Of a stretch of 64,000 nt of DNA, positions 41,518-50,915 are shown in pieces. How positions within the stretch are numbered: position 1 is the first letter of the stretch; the number at the start of each line of letters is the position of its first letter. This stretch comes from an uncultured Gammaproteobacteria bacterium (GTDB taxonomy: Bacteria; Patescibacteriota; Microgenomatia; UBA1406): positions 59,369 to 123,368 of the forward strand of contig CAYPVH010000002.1 of the NCBI GenBank assembly GCA_964414145.1. The letters run 5' to 3'. The translations under genes were made by a program, and so were the position numbers. Below the pieces are notes generated by a model. It worked only from the letters and a program-made list of their open reading frames with translations. It had not been told where the DNA came from and did no database searches.

Positions 41518-42479
41518 AAAGACTGTTTTTTCCCTTGTTTATTCTGGTAATAATCTTCTTTTCTGCTTATCTTTGGTTTAGGGAAGGATTACTACCAGTT
41601 AACAGCGCAAGTCGTGAATCCGAAGTTTTTGTAATTCACTCTGGCGAAAGCGTTGATACGGTTGTTAGGAAACTGGAAAACCAAAGACTTATCAGGAACA
41701 AACTCGTTTTTAGAATTCTTATATCCTTAAAGGGTATTGAAAAATCTATACAAGCAGGTAACCATGTTTTAAGTCAATCAATGACTACCGATGAAATTGC
41801 AGAATCCTTAACTCATGGCACTTTGGACAAATGGGTAACAATCATTGAAGGTCTAAGAGTTGAAGAGGTTGGAGACATTCTGGCTACATCTCATGGAATT
41901 TCTGCATCAGAATTCACAGAAAAGGCAAAACAATTTGAAGGCTATTTATTTCCAGATACTTATTTAATTCCAACAGATACAGATGTTGATTCTATCATCA
42001 AAATGATGACAGATAACTTTGAAAACAAAGTTGGCAAAATTCTTACTACACAAAACACTGCTCACGGTTTAAGTAATCGAGAAGTTATTATTTTAGCCTC
42101 TTTGATTGAGAGGGAGGCACAAACGTACCAAGACAAAAGAATTGTTGCCGGAATATTATTTAATCGAATTGCTGACGGAATGCCACTACAAATAGACGCC
42201 ACCGTTCAGTTTGCCCTTGGCTATTCAATAGATGAAAAGAACTGGTGGCGAAAAGGACTAACGTATTCCGATTTGAAAGTTGATTCTCTTTACAACACTT
42301 ATACTAATACAGGCTTACCCCCAAGCCCAATTGCTAGTCCAGGGCTAGACTCAATTATGGCAGTCATAAATGCTAAAGAAACTAATTATTACTACTATAT
42401 ATCCGATAAGCAGGAAAATATGCACTATTCAACCACATTAGAAGAACACGAAGCTAAGGTATCTAGGTATCTTCGTTAA
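41514..42479 (+). CDS. mltG: Endolytic murein transglycosylase MltG (YceG-like)
   Basis: N-terminal TM, with EGYLFPDTY, ASLIEREA, NTYTNTGLPPSPIASPG and YYYY motifs. Confidence 0.88.
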   Translation: MKRLFFPLFILVIIFFSAYLWFREGLLPVNSASRESEVFVIHSGESVDTVVRKLENQRLIRNKLVFRILISLKGIEKSIQAGNHVLSQSMTTDEIAESLTHGTLDKWVTIIEGLRVEEVGDILATSHGISASEFTEKAKQFEGYLFPDTYLIPTDTDVDSIIKMMTDNFENKVGKILTTQNTAHGLSNREVIILASLIEREAQTYQDKRIVAGILFNRIADGMPLQIDATVQFALGYSIDEKNWWRKGLTYSDLKVDSLYNTYTNTGLPPSPIASPGLDSIMAVINAKETNYYYYISDKQENMHYSTTLEEHEAKVSRYLR

Positions 42480-42495
42480 TAATTTATACAAAACC

Positions 42496-43653
42496 CTAAT
42501 TTAACTGTTCTTTAGTAGTGTTATCTTTAATTGGTGTTGGGCTTAGGGGTTTACCGTCGCTTACTCTTTTTATTGCCATTTTAATATCGGTCCAATTATT
42601 GATGCCATTTTTAGGTATAAGTATAAATTGACCATCAGGTGAAAAACTACTGTCTAGATAGTTATCATCCGACAAAATTATTTTAACCAACTCATAATCC
42701 TTTGCTGTTGGTACCTTTTTTAGAAATAATTTTATATCATCGTAAATCATGTCGGTTTTAATATCTGTTGAAAGTTCGTCTAGTAGATTTGGTATTTTGG
42801 TAATCACAAATGGTGATAGAACCTTATTCTTTATAGCCTCTATTACTTTTTGTTGCCTTTTAGCTCTGGCAAAGTCTCCTCCGTCTTCTGGTGAGTGGCG
42901 GCTTCTGGAGTATTTAAGAGCCTGTAAACCATTCAGGTGAGTTTCACCCAAAACGAAACTCACTGTTTCGTATCGACAGGGAAAAGCGATTTGTGGTGAT
43001 TCGGTTGCCAAATTTAAATGTTCTTCAAGTTCATCACCTTCAAAGTTACATGAGTCGTTTTCTTTTCCTTCAACTGGGTATTTAGTATCAGTGAAAGACC
43101 GGTCAATGGAAACGTCAATACCGTCAATGGCATCAATTACTTTCACAAATGCATCGAAATCGATAGATATAACAGAATCGGTTTTCAATCCGGTAATTTG
43201 ATTAATAACATGACTCAGTAAACCGTTTTCGCTTTCCTGATTATACTTCTTTACATTAACATCGGGAAAGGTATTGGGAAATAGCTGCAGTTGGTATACT
43301 GTGTTGATTTTTGCAGCAAATTTATCACCTGACTTGGTTGGGAGAGAAACCCAAACATCTCTTGGAATTGAAATCAATAAGGCTCGCTTAGTTTCAAAAT
43401 TAACATGCGCAATCATAATTGTATCTGTTAAGTAGGTTCCCTCGTGTGCACCACCACCATAACCTAGTATTACTGTTGTGTATGTTGTTTTTGCTTTGCT
43501 AGCAATAGCGCTATTATTGCTACTTTGATGCTTAACCCCAATGGTCTTCAAAAAGTTAAGAGTTTTATACGTAAAAAAAATCATCAAGAGTAATAACAAG
43601 GAAAAAAAGAAGATAGTTAATTTTCTGATTCTTATCTTTGTTCGCCGGTGCAT
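42496..43653 (-). CDS. LytR-CpsA-Psr (LCP) family glycopolymer-peptidoglycan ligase
   Basis: From ATG 43653: MHRRTKIRIRKLTIFFFSLLLLLMIFF (anchor). Further signatures are LLISIPRDVWV, KINTVY and ALKYSRSRHS...GDFARAKRQQKVIEAI. Confidence 0.82.
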   Translation of the reverse strand: MHRRTKIRIRKLTIFFFSLLLLLMIFFTYKTLNFLKTIGVKHQSSNNSAIASKAKTTYTTVILGYGGGAHEGTYLTDTIMIAHVNFETKRALLISIPRDVWVSLPTKSGDKFAAKINTVYQLQLFPNTFPDVNVKKYNQESENGLLSHVINQITGLKTDSVISIDFDAFVKVIDAIDGIDVSIDRSFTDTKYPVEGKENDSCNFEGDELEEHLNLATESPQIAFPCRYETVSFVLGETHLNGLQALKYSRSRHSPEDGGDFARAKRQQKVIEAIKNKVLSPFVITKIPNLLDELSTDIKTDMIYDDIKLFLKKVPTAKDYELVKIILSDDNYLDSSFSPDGQFILIPKNGINNWTDIKMAIKRVSDGKPLSPTPIKDNTTKEQLN

Positions 43654-43723
43654 AAAATATAGTATATCCAAAATCAGCAACAGAAGTTTAAGTTTTTGAT
43701 ATATTATATGAAGTTTTACAAAC

Positions 43724-44323
43724 ATGAAAATTCATAGGAATATAGCTTTAATTATTGTAGATCTGCAGTGGGATTATTGTGCCGCCCAGGGTTTTGCAGG
43801 AAAGCTAGGCAGGGATTTGTCTTTAATTCAGAAAATAATACCCACCTTAAAACTTTTCTATCGAGAGTTTAAAAAAATGGAGTTACCGGTTATATTTACC
43901 AAATATATCGCTCGCAAAGACATTTCACCAAAGAATGTAAGAATTAATAAGGATAGAGAAGAACGTGCCAGGTTATGCTTACTTAATAGTAAAGGATCGG
44001 ATTTTTATGGTCTTAAACCAAAGACCGATGACATTATAATTACAAAATTTTATTATGATTCATTTGCTAAAACCAGCCTTTTGTCTCAGTTAAAATCTAT
44101 GAAGGTTAAAACTTTAATAATTTGTGGGGTTAGAACAGAACTGGGGGTTGATTCTACTGCAAAGAGAGCGGTTAGTGAGGGATTTACGGTTATTGTTTTA
44201 AAAGATTTAATTGCTACTTATAAAGAAAACAATAGGCAAAATAATCTATTTTTGCAGGTCTTCAATAGGTATTACGGCTACGCTCTTACCAGTAGTAATT
44301 TTTTAGATATGCTTTTAAACTAG
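43724..44323 (+). CDS. Isochorismatase-family cysteine hydrolase (nicotinamidase-like)
   Basis: IALIIVDLQWDYC, and TLIICGVRTELGVDSTAKRAVSEGF (catalytic Cys context). Confidence 0.75.
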   Translation: MKIHRNIALIIVDLQWDYCAAQGFAGKLGRDLSLIQKIIPTLKLFYREFKKMELPVIFTKYIARKDISPKNVRINKDREERARLCLLNSKGSDFYGLKPKTDDIIITKFYYDSFAKTSLLSQLKSMKVKTLIICGVRTELGVDSTAKRAVSEGFTVIVLKDLIATYKENNRQNNLFLQVFNRYYGYALTSSNFLDMLLN

Positions 44324-44387
44324 GGCATTGTATAGCTAACTCAATACGACCCAGAATAGGACCAAATGAAAAAAAATTGTTAGAAAA

Positions 44388-46079
44388 TTACTGATGAGAG
44401 TTTGTTTTTATTTTGTACATAAATAGAGAAAGTGCCCCTAAGCTTAAAGCAATAACGACTGTTAGAATTACGAAAACACTGGAACTGGAGTTTGTGTTTT
44501 GGTTATTGTCTTGTATTTCTTCCGATGATGGTAGGTTTTGGCTATAAGAAGGTTTTTGTGCAGCTAAGCTTTGTCTGAATTTTTGATCAGTTTCTATTTT
44601 ATTGGCTGTTGCCGTGTCATAAAGATTTATTCTGTTTTTGTTTAAATAACTGTTATTTTGGCTAATAAATTGATTTGTATCGGTTTCAGTAATAAAATTC
44701 CCCTGTGCGTCGCTAACTTTCAGTTTATAATTCGTTGGTGGCGTTACTGAGGAAGGAATAAATATATGACCGTAACTATCCGATTTCAAGGTTGTAAAAG
44801 CTTTATTATTCATCTGAGGGACTACTATTTCAATCTGGGCGTTTGGAATAACACGTCCATTTTTATCATATATATGACCAACTAAAAATGCCGGGACTGG
44901 CTTTATCGATCTTTGGGTGCTGCTAGTTTCTGAATTAGATGAAGTTGTGGTTTTATCAAGATTAACTTTCTTAGCCTGGATATCTATTTCCTGATCTTGA
45001 TTGATGGCACTATTATCTATATATAAATTAAATTTACCATTCTTATCAGCTTCAGTGTAACCAATAGCTCTAACACCGGAATATGCGTAAATAAGGCTTT
45101 TTGGGTGAGATACGGTTCCATAAACCATTTGATATGTTCTGCCGTCTTCTTTAAAAGAAGTAATTTCCATACTCATAATTTTAACCGGATTAACTGTGGG
45201 TTTATTGGGGTCATTGGGTACCAGAGGAATGTCGCGGTGCTCAATTTTACCTTTCTGAATAATCGGTTCACCGCTATAGAGATCGGTGTATACATCTTGT
45301 CTATTTTTTAAAGAATTAATGACTGTAGAACTTGCCGGGAACTGAAAACTTAACGCATCTGGTTTTAGGAAGTAAGTACCGTCCTCTACAAAAAAACTAA
45401 AAGCGCCGTCTTCGGCAACAATGAATGGATTTTTTATACCCGGCTGAGAAGGAATAGCGGATTTGTCTTTATCCAAAAGTGTTACAGCAAGATTGGGTAT
45501 GGGTTCTAGACTAACTGCGTCAAATACTCTACCATAAGGGTCCCATTTAATAGTGTTGCAATTTTCTGGATTTCCTTGAGCAACAGGCTGTTCAGGAACA
45601 AAAGTAGCCAGTTTTAAGGCAACGGTTGTTGCTTCGGTTGCTTCGCTATTCTCGTTAGCCGTATCATCCCCGAATTGAACAGCATAAAAAAGATGATCCT
45701 GACTACTTGGAGTAAAACTTTTTACCCTTAAACTTATGTTACCACCTGCGTCAGCAACAACCTGATCATTTGATAAGTCAAGTAACTTAAAATCTTCTCC
45801 AACGGTTAAACTAGCGTCTCCACAAGAAGATTGACCATTAATATCTGTGGCACATTGAAAACCGGCTTCAACTTTTCTCCAAATTTGGGCTTTTTTGTTC
45901 GCAAACAATCCGGTTCCGGTTAGTTGTGCAATATGTTCCTGATCGTCAATTTCGTCACCATGTAGGCAAAACATATTTATATTTGATGAATCTTCTTGTG
46001 CCAATAAAGTACCGGGCTTAACAAATAGTGATACGTAAAATAAAAATACAATGAACAAAAAGAATATTATTTTTCTCAT
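44388..46079 (-). CDS. Secreted, C-terminally membrane-anchored protein with carboxypeptidase-regulatory/prealbumin-like beta-sandwich repeats
   Basis: 563 aa with a signal (IIFFLFIVFLFYVSLFVKPGTLLAQE). Segments like GRVFDAVSLEPIPNLAVTLLD...EDGAFSFFVEDGTYFL and GHIYDKNGRVIPNAQIEIVV...SDSYGHIF are present. The C-terminal TM (VFVILTVVIALSLGALSLFMY) has no LPxTG. Confidence 0.45.
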   Translation of the reverse strand: MRKIIFFLFIVFLFYVSLFVKPGTLLAQEDSSNINMFCLHGDEIDDQEHIAQLTGTGLFANKKAQIWRKVEAGFQCATDINGQSSCGDASLTVGEDFKLLDLSNDQVVADAGGNISLRVKSFTPSSQDHLFYAVQFGDDTANENSEATEATTVALKLATFVPEQPVAQGNPENCNTIKWDPYGRVFDAVSLEPIPNLAVTLLDKDKSAIPSQPGIKNPFIVAEDGAFSFFVEDGTYFLKPDALSFQFPASSTVINSLKNRQDVYTDLYSGEPIIQKGKIEHRDIPLVPNDPNKPTVNPVKIMSMEITSFKEDGRTYQMVYGTVSHPKSLIYAYSGVRAIGYTEADKNGKFNLYIDNSAINQDQEIDIQAKKVNLDKTTTSSNSETSSTQRSIKPVPAFLVGHIYDKNGRVIPNAQIEIVVPQMNNKAFTTLKSDSYGHIFIPSSVTPPTNYKLKVSDAQGNFITETDTNQFISQNNSYLNKNRINLYDTATANKIETDQKFRQSLAAQKPSYSQNLPSSEEIQDNNQNTNSSSSVFVILTVVIALSLGALSLFMYKIKTNSHQ

Positions 46080-46088
46080 CTAAAAATA

Positions 46089-46116
46089 ACTATATAATAT
46101 TCAAATAGAATGTCAA
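46089..46116 (-). promoter_or_regulatory. Putative promoter TTGACA-16-TATAGT, with the -10 box 9 nt from ATG 46079
   Basis: The minus strand reads TTGACAttctatttgaatattaTATAGTtatttttagATG. Confidence 0.45.
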
Positions 46117-46123
46117 TATATCT

Positions 46124-46990
46124 TTAGTTTTGTGTCTTTTTTAGTTCTTCAAGAAGTTGCCTTTCTTTTCTTGATAAACTAGTGGGGAAATTGATTTTAA
46201 CAATTACATAAAGATCGCCATGGCGGTTGGAATTAGGATAGGGTAGTCCAAAGCCTTTTAGTCTAATTACAGTATTTGGCTGTGTTCCCGGTTTTATTTT
46301 CATTTTTATTTCTTTGTTTAATGCCGGTACTTTCATTTCCGAGCCCAGAATTGCATCTAAATAATTAATCTGTTTTTCGTAATACAGATCTTGCCCTTCC
46401 CGCTGGTATGTATTGCTTTTTCCTACTTCAATTACAATATCAAAGTTGGTAAAACGGATCCGGTTTCCTGTATCAACCCCCGATGGAATTTTAATTTTTT
46501 TGGATTCTCCTCGAATAACAATCTGTTTTTCAACTCCACTGGCTGCCTCATCAAAACTAATTCTAAGTCGATAAATAGGCTTTTGAACTCTTTCACCCCG
46601 TGGGCTTCTAACACCAAATATACTTTCAAAAATGTCGAATGGATCTGAATAGCCGCCACCTCCACCAAAACCAAAAGATTCAAAAATATCATTAATATTA
46701 CCAGCCTGAGTACTGTATCTAAAAGGACCCTGCTGAGACCCTGGCGGATAACCACCAGAGGCACCCCGAACTCCGGCATGACCAAATTGGTCGTAAGCCT
46801 TTCTTTTTTGAGCGTCTGAAAGAACTTCGAATGCTTGGGTAATTTCTTTAAACTTTTCGTTTGCCTCGGGTGACTTGTTACGATCAGGATGCCACTCCAT
46901 CGCAAGCTTTCGGTAAGCCTTTTTTATATCACCAAGTGTGGCATCCTTTCCAATGCCAAGTACTTCATAAAAATCTCTTTTGCTTGCCAT
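46124..46990 (-). CDS. DnaJ-class co-chaperone without the Cys-rich zinc-finger domain (type II / CbpA-like)
   Basis: The J domain reads [33 protein letters not shown] (HPD). It has a G/F region and C-terminal substrate-binding domains but no CxxCxGxG repeats. Confidence 0.85.
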   Translation of the reverse strand: MASKRDFYEVLGIGKDATLGDIKKAYRKLAMEWHPDRNKSPEANEKFKEITQAFEVLSDAQKRKAYDQFGHAGVRGASGGYPPGSQQGPFRYSTQAGNINDIFESFGFGGGGGYSDPFDIFESIFGVRSPRGERVQKPIYRLRISFDEAASGVEKQIVIRGESKKIKIPSGVDTGNRIRFTNFDIVIEVGKSNTYQREGQDLYYEKQINYLDAILGSEMKVPALNKEIKMKIKPGTQPNTVIRLKGFGLPYPNSNRHGDLYVIVKINFPTSLSRKERQLLEELKKTQN

Positions 46991-47001
46991 ATTCTCTTAG
47001 T

Positions 47002-48903
47002 TTATTCAACTACTTCTCCTTCTTCTACATTTTCATCTGCTTTCTTGTCTTCTTTTTTTGTTGAGTCTTCCTTGCCTGGCTTTGTCTTTTTCTGTTCATC
47101 TTCTTTTTTAGTATCTTTGTACATGTGTTCACCTAACTTTGAAAGATTTTCGTTTAAAGAGGTTACAGCAGATTGTATATCTTCTTTACTGTCTTTTTCT
47201 TTAACCTTCTTTAGTTCTGCAAGCTTATCTTCGATATCTTTAACAATATCTTTGGGTGCCTTGTCTTTTGCGTCTTTCAGTGATTTTTCGGTTGTATAGA
47301 TAAGCGTATCAGCTTGATTTCTTATCTCAATTAATTCCTTTGTTTTTTTATCTTCTTCTTTGTGCTGCTCTGCTGCTTTTTTCATCTTATCAATTTCTTC
47401 GTCAGTTAAACCGGTTGATCCGGTAATTTTAATACTTTGTTCTTTGCCAGACGCCTTGTCTTGAGCAGTAACAGTTAAAATACCACTGGCATCAATATCA
47501 AATTTTACTTCTACCTGTGGTACACCTCTCGGTGCTGGCGGAATACCTTCTAAAATGAATCTACCTAAAGACTTGTTGTCTTTAGCCATTGGTCTTTCAC
47601 CTTGTAAAATATGAACCTCAACAGAAGTTTGATTATCTGCGGCTGTACTAAATACTTCTTGTTTTGAAGTAGGAATGGTTGTATTTCTTTCTATTAAAGG
47701 TGTCATTACGCCACCCAGCGTTTCAACTCCCAAGGTGAGTGGAGTAACGTCAAGCAAAACAACATCTTTAACATCTCCTGAAATAATTGCTGCTTGAATA
47801 GCGGCACCTATTGCCACAACTTCATCAGGATTAACTGTACGGTTAGGTTCTTTACCAAAAAACTCTTTAACTTTTTCAATTACTTTTGGCATTCGAGTCA
47901 TGCCGCCAACTAAAATTACTTCATTAATGTCGGTTGTTTTTAGTTTAGAGTCTTTTAACGCTTCTTCTACAGGCTTAAATGTTTTGTCGATTAATTCCAT
48001 TACCAAGGATTCCAGTTTCGATCTTGTTAGTTTAGTAACAAAATGAATTGGTTGACCATCTTTAACGGTAATGAACGGTAGATTGATTTCAGTTTCTTCT
48101 GTTGTTGACAGTTCTATTTTTGCTTTTTCTGCGGCTTCTTTTAGTCTTTGTAAAGCTTGAGGGTCTTTTCTTAGATCAATCCCATTTTCCTTTTTAAATT
48201 CGTTAGCCAGATAATCTTGTACCTCTTTATCAAAGTCATCACCACCAAGGTGTGTGTCTCCGTTGGTTGATTTTACCTGAAATACACCATCACCAAGTTC
48301 AAGAATAGTAATGTCAAAAGTGCCACCGCCAAGGTCATACACGGCAATATTATGGGCATTCTTTTTGTCTAGGCCGTAAGCTAGAGCAGCAGCGGTAGGT
48401 TCATTAATTATTCTAATTACTTCAAGTCCGGCAATTTCACCTGCTTGTTTTGTAGCTTGGCGTTGTGAATCGTCAAAATAAGCCGGTACGGTAATCACGG
48501 CTTTGTCTACGGTATCCCCTAAATATGCTTCTGCATCTTTTTTCATTTTAGTTAAGATCATGGCAGAAATTTCTTGTGGAGTGTAAGTTTTGTTATTAAC
48601 TTCGACAACCGCCATGTCGTCTCGGCCACTTTTTATTGTATACGGTAGCCAGTCTTTACTTTTTTTTACAACATTGCTTGAGTATTTTCGACCCATTAAT
48701 CTTTTAATGGAAAAAATTGTATTTTCAGGTTTAATTATCATCTGTCGTTTTGCTACTTCCCCAACAACTCGTTTAACAGGATCAACAACAGAGGGGGTTG
48801 TATTCCTACCTTCTGCAGAAGGAACAACTTTTGTTTTACCACCTTCCATGATTGCAACTATCGAGTTGGTTGTGCCCAGATCAATTCCGATTGTTTTTGC
48901 CAT
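47002..48903 (-). CDS. dnaK: Hsp70 chaperone DnaK
   Basis: [18 protein letters not shown] and [13 protein letters not shown] signatures, 633 aa. Confidence 0.97.
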   Translation of the reverse strand: MAKTIGIDLGTTNSIVAIMEGGKTKVVPSAEGRNTTPSVVDPVKRVVGEVAKRQMIIKPENTIFSIKRLMGRKYSSNVVKKSKDWLPYTIKSGRDDMAVVEVNNKTYTPQEISAMILTKMKKDAEAYLGDTVDKAVITVPAYFDDSQRQATKQAGEIAGLEVIRIINEPTAAALAYGLDKKNAHNIAVYDLGGGTFDITILELGDGVFQVKSTNGDTHLGGDDFDKEVQDYLANEFKKENGIDLRKDPQALQRLKEAAEKAKIELSTTEETEINLPFITVKDGQPIHFVTKLTRSKLESLVMELIDKTFKPVEEALKDSKLKTTDINEVILVGGMTRMPKVIEKVKEFFGKEPNRTVNPDEVVAIGAAIQAAIISGDVKDVVLLDVTPLTLGVETLGGVMTPLIERNTTIPTSKQEVFSTAADNQTSVEVHILQGERPMAKDNKSLGRFILEGIPPAPRGVPQVEVKFDIDASGILTVTAQDKASGKEQSIKITGSTGLTDEEIDKMKKAAEQHKEEDKKTKELIEIRNQADTLIYTTEKSLKDAKDKAPKDIVKDIEDKLAELKKVKEKDSKEDIQSAVTSLNENLSKLGEHMYKDTKKEDEQKKTKPGKEDSTKKEDKKADENVEEGEVVE

Positions 48904-48933
48904 ATTTTTTTATATTTAACTATTAATGAATTT

Positions 48934-49422
48934 TTATTTACCAACTGTAACTATTGCCGGTTTTATTAGCATATCTTGCAACATATAACCTTTCTGATGG
49001 ACTTCAATTACCGTGTCTTTTTTGCCATTTTCCTCAGCAGTATCTGTACTAACACATTCCATTATTTCCGGATCAAATTTTTGGCCAAGTGGGTTTATAC
49101 AAGTAACACCAAGGTTTTCTAAAACAGTGTTAAATTTTTGCTGAATTAAAAGTAAACCCTTGTCTTCAGAAAACTTCAGAGCTTTGTCTACATCTTCCTT
49201 AACTGGTATAAACTTTTCGATAATATCTGTTTTTACCATTCTTACGTTGTTTGCAACATCTGAGTTTATTCTTTTCTGTAAGTTTTGATAGTCGGCTAGA
49301 GCCCGTAAATACAAGTTATTTTGTTTTTCCAGTTCTTTTTTTACCTCTTCAAGCTCTCTACTAATATTTTGAAGCGAATCTTTTTGCGTATCTGTTGCTT
49401 TTGGTTTTATCTGTTTGTTCAT
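48934..49422 (-). CDS. grpE: Nucleotide exchange factor GrpE
   Basis: LRALADYQNLQKR...FDPEIMECV...GYMLQDMLIKPAIVTV. It sits between hrcA and dnaK. Confidence 0.9.
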   Translation of the reverse strand: MNKQIKPKATDTQKDSLQNISRELEEVKKELEKQNNLYLRALADYQNLQKRINSDVANNVRMVKTDIIEKFIPVKEDVDKALKFSEDKGLLLIQQKFNTVLENLGVTCINPLGQKFDPEIMECVSTDTAEENGKKDTVIEVHQKGYMLQDMLIKPAIVTVGK

Positions 49423-50171
49423 TTCTGTTGTTTGTTTAATACTTCTTTAATAATAGTAGTTGTATGAGCAATAAGTGGTAAGTTACTTGAGTATTCAAGT
49501 CGACAGGGCCCCACGATTCCGATTGCCCCTCGAAAATCCGGACCTTCAAATTGTGAAAAAATTCCACCCATATTGCGCATTGATTGATAAATATAGTCTT
49601 CACCAATTAATACCTGAAGTTCAATATTATCTTCGGATATGATGTCGTTGAGAACCTTTGCCCAATAATTATAATCTTCAAGATATTCAAAAATATCTTG
49701 TGTTTCTTCACCAAGAGCAAACTCTTTAAGCAATAAGAGATTACTGAGTCCGGTGAAATATCTGAAACCGGTGTTTAGATACACTATTGATAGCAACTTA
49801 CTTTTTTTGGCTAATGCAGTTGTTGTTTCTTCTAAAAAACGAAATATATCATCCTGATAATCCCAAATTTCGTTTTTTATTGATACTTCCTCGGCGGTTG
49901 ATAGCTGTTTTTTAGGAAGTAATGAATTTATATAAAGACGGAATGCTTTTGGGGTAGGAATTCTACCTGAGGATATATGGGGTTTATGAATAAATCCAAG
50001 CTTACCTAAGGTAACCATTTCGTTTCTTATTGTTGCTGGAGAAAAGCCAAGCTTAAATTTTTTCTCTAGGAACTCAGAACCAATACTGGTTCCGGACTGT
50101 ATGTACTCATCAATAATTGCCTTGAGTATCTTGATTTGTCTTTCGCTTAATTCGCTTATTGTTTCTACCAT
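49419..50171 (-). CDS. hrcA: Heat-inducible transcription repressor HrcA (short form)
   Basis: From ATG 50171: MVETISELSERQIKILKAIIDEYIQSGTSIGSEFL...SPATIRNEMVTLGKLGFIHKPHISSGRIPT. The track TTG start at 50207 is actually the -35 hexamer. Confidence 0.85.
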   Translation of the reverse strand: MVETISELSERQIKILKAIIDEYIQSGTSIGSEFLEKKFKLGFSPATIRNEMVTLGKLGFIHKPHISSGRIPTPKAFRLYINSLLPKKQLSTAEEVSIKNEIWDYQDDIFRFLEETTTALAKKSKLLSIVYLNTGFRYFTGLSNLLLLKEFALGEETQDIFEYLEDYNYWAKVLNDIISEDNIELQVLIGEDYIYQSMRNMGGIFSQFEGPDFRGAIGIVGPCRLEYSSNLPLIAHTTTIIKEVLNKQQK

Positions 50172-50197
50172 TAGCAGTATTGTAGTATGTCTGCTAA
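50171..50197 (-). promoter_or_regulatory. CIRCE-like HrcA operator (TTAGCAGAC-N9-TACTGCTAA)
   Basis: The minus strand reads TTAGCAGACatactacaaTACTGCTAA. This gives 14/18 matches to the consensus TTAGCACTC-N9-GAGTGCTAA with N9 spacing kept. It overlaps the -10 box and abuts the hrcA ATG. Confidence 0.65.
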
Positions 50198-50207
50198 ATT
50201 TTGTCAA
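50179..50207 (-). promoter_or_regulatory. Promoter TTGACA-17-TACAAT of the hrcA-grpE-dnaK-dnaJ operon
   Basis: The minus strand reads TTGACAaaatttagcagacatacTACAATactgctaATG. The -10 box ends 7 nt before the ATG. Confidence 0.6.
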
Positions 50208-50227
50208 GAAAAAAATTATAAAAAGAA

Positions 50228-50824
50228 TTACCTAAACAGTCTTGGTCGTCCTAATACATAGTTAAGTTTTTCTATTTTCCTAATGCCTATTTTGGTTGCA
50301 GGAACTCCACCAAAAATAGTTAGTTCCGGTACGTCTTTTGTTACAACAGCACCGGCAGCAATAATAGCTCCGCGCTTTATAGTAACTCCGGGTAAAATGA
50401 TCGTTCTGGGTCCAATAAAAACATAGTCTTCGATAACTACTTTTTCAACTACAGGTTCAAATTTACTACTGCCAATGTCATGTTTTGATGTGTAAATCAT
50501 GACTTCGGAAGCAATGTCTACATGATTGCCTATTTCAATTTTGCCCCTTGAGTCAAGCGTTACTCCTTCGCCCACAATTGTATCCCTGCCTATTTCAATT
50601 TTGCCCAATGTGTAAAGTTTCACATCTGAGTGAACTGTAGAACCTTTTCCCAACTTTATACCTATCAGAGATAAAACCAGTCTGCGTATAAGATGAGATG
50701 GAAAAAGGGAAATTATATGAACAATATAAATTAAAAGTTCTTCAAAAACTGAATAGATTCGGACAACTGTTTTGTCTATGATTTGTTTTTTACTTAATGG
50801 CTTTCCGTATTTGTCTTTAAGCAT
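50228..50824 (-). CDS. Hexapeptide-repeat (LbH) O-acetyltransferase, WcaF/maltose acetyltransferase-like
   Basis: The hexapeptide turns read [31 protein letters not shown]...[36 protein letters not shown]. Confidence 0.7.
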   Translation of the reverse strand: MLKDKYGKPLSKKQIIDKTVVRIYSVFEELLIYIVHIISLFPSHLIRRLVLSLIGIKLGKGSTVHSDVKLYTLGKIEIGRDTIVGEGVTLDSRGKIEIGNHVDIASEVMIYTSKHDIGSSKFEPVVEKVVIEDYVFIGPRTIILPGVTIKRGAIIAAGAVVTKDVPELTIFGGVPATKIGIRKIEKLNYVLGRPRLFR

Positions 50825-50915
50825 AATAGTTTATTACTTAAGTGATATTTTAATTTAATTGACTATCGAAAGCAAAAGAAACTTATTTATGTAGCGGTTA
50901 TTCGTGAAGGTAAGG

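Noticed and set aside
44324-44387. Rho-independent terminator between the convergent genes 43724..44323 and 44388..46079. Other convergent junctions were also checked (4094/4097, 15483/15488, 34654/34661, 42479/42496)
   Set aside because: No GC-rich stem followed by a T-run could be found. Most convergent gene pairs are separated by under 20 nt, so no terminator is called.
46432-47299. 157-aa and 136-aa ORFs overlapping dnaJ-like and dnaK (46432..46905 minus, 46889..47299 plus)
   Set aside because: They are alternative-frame or antisense readings of conserved chaperone genes, with S/F/L-rich junk composition.
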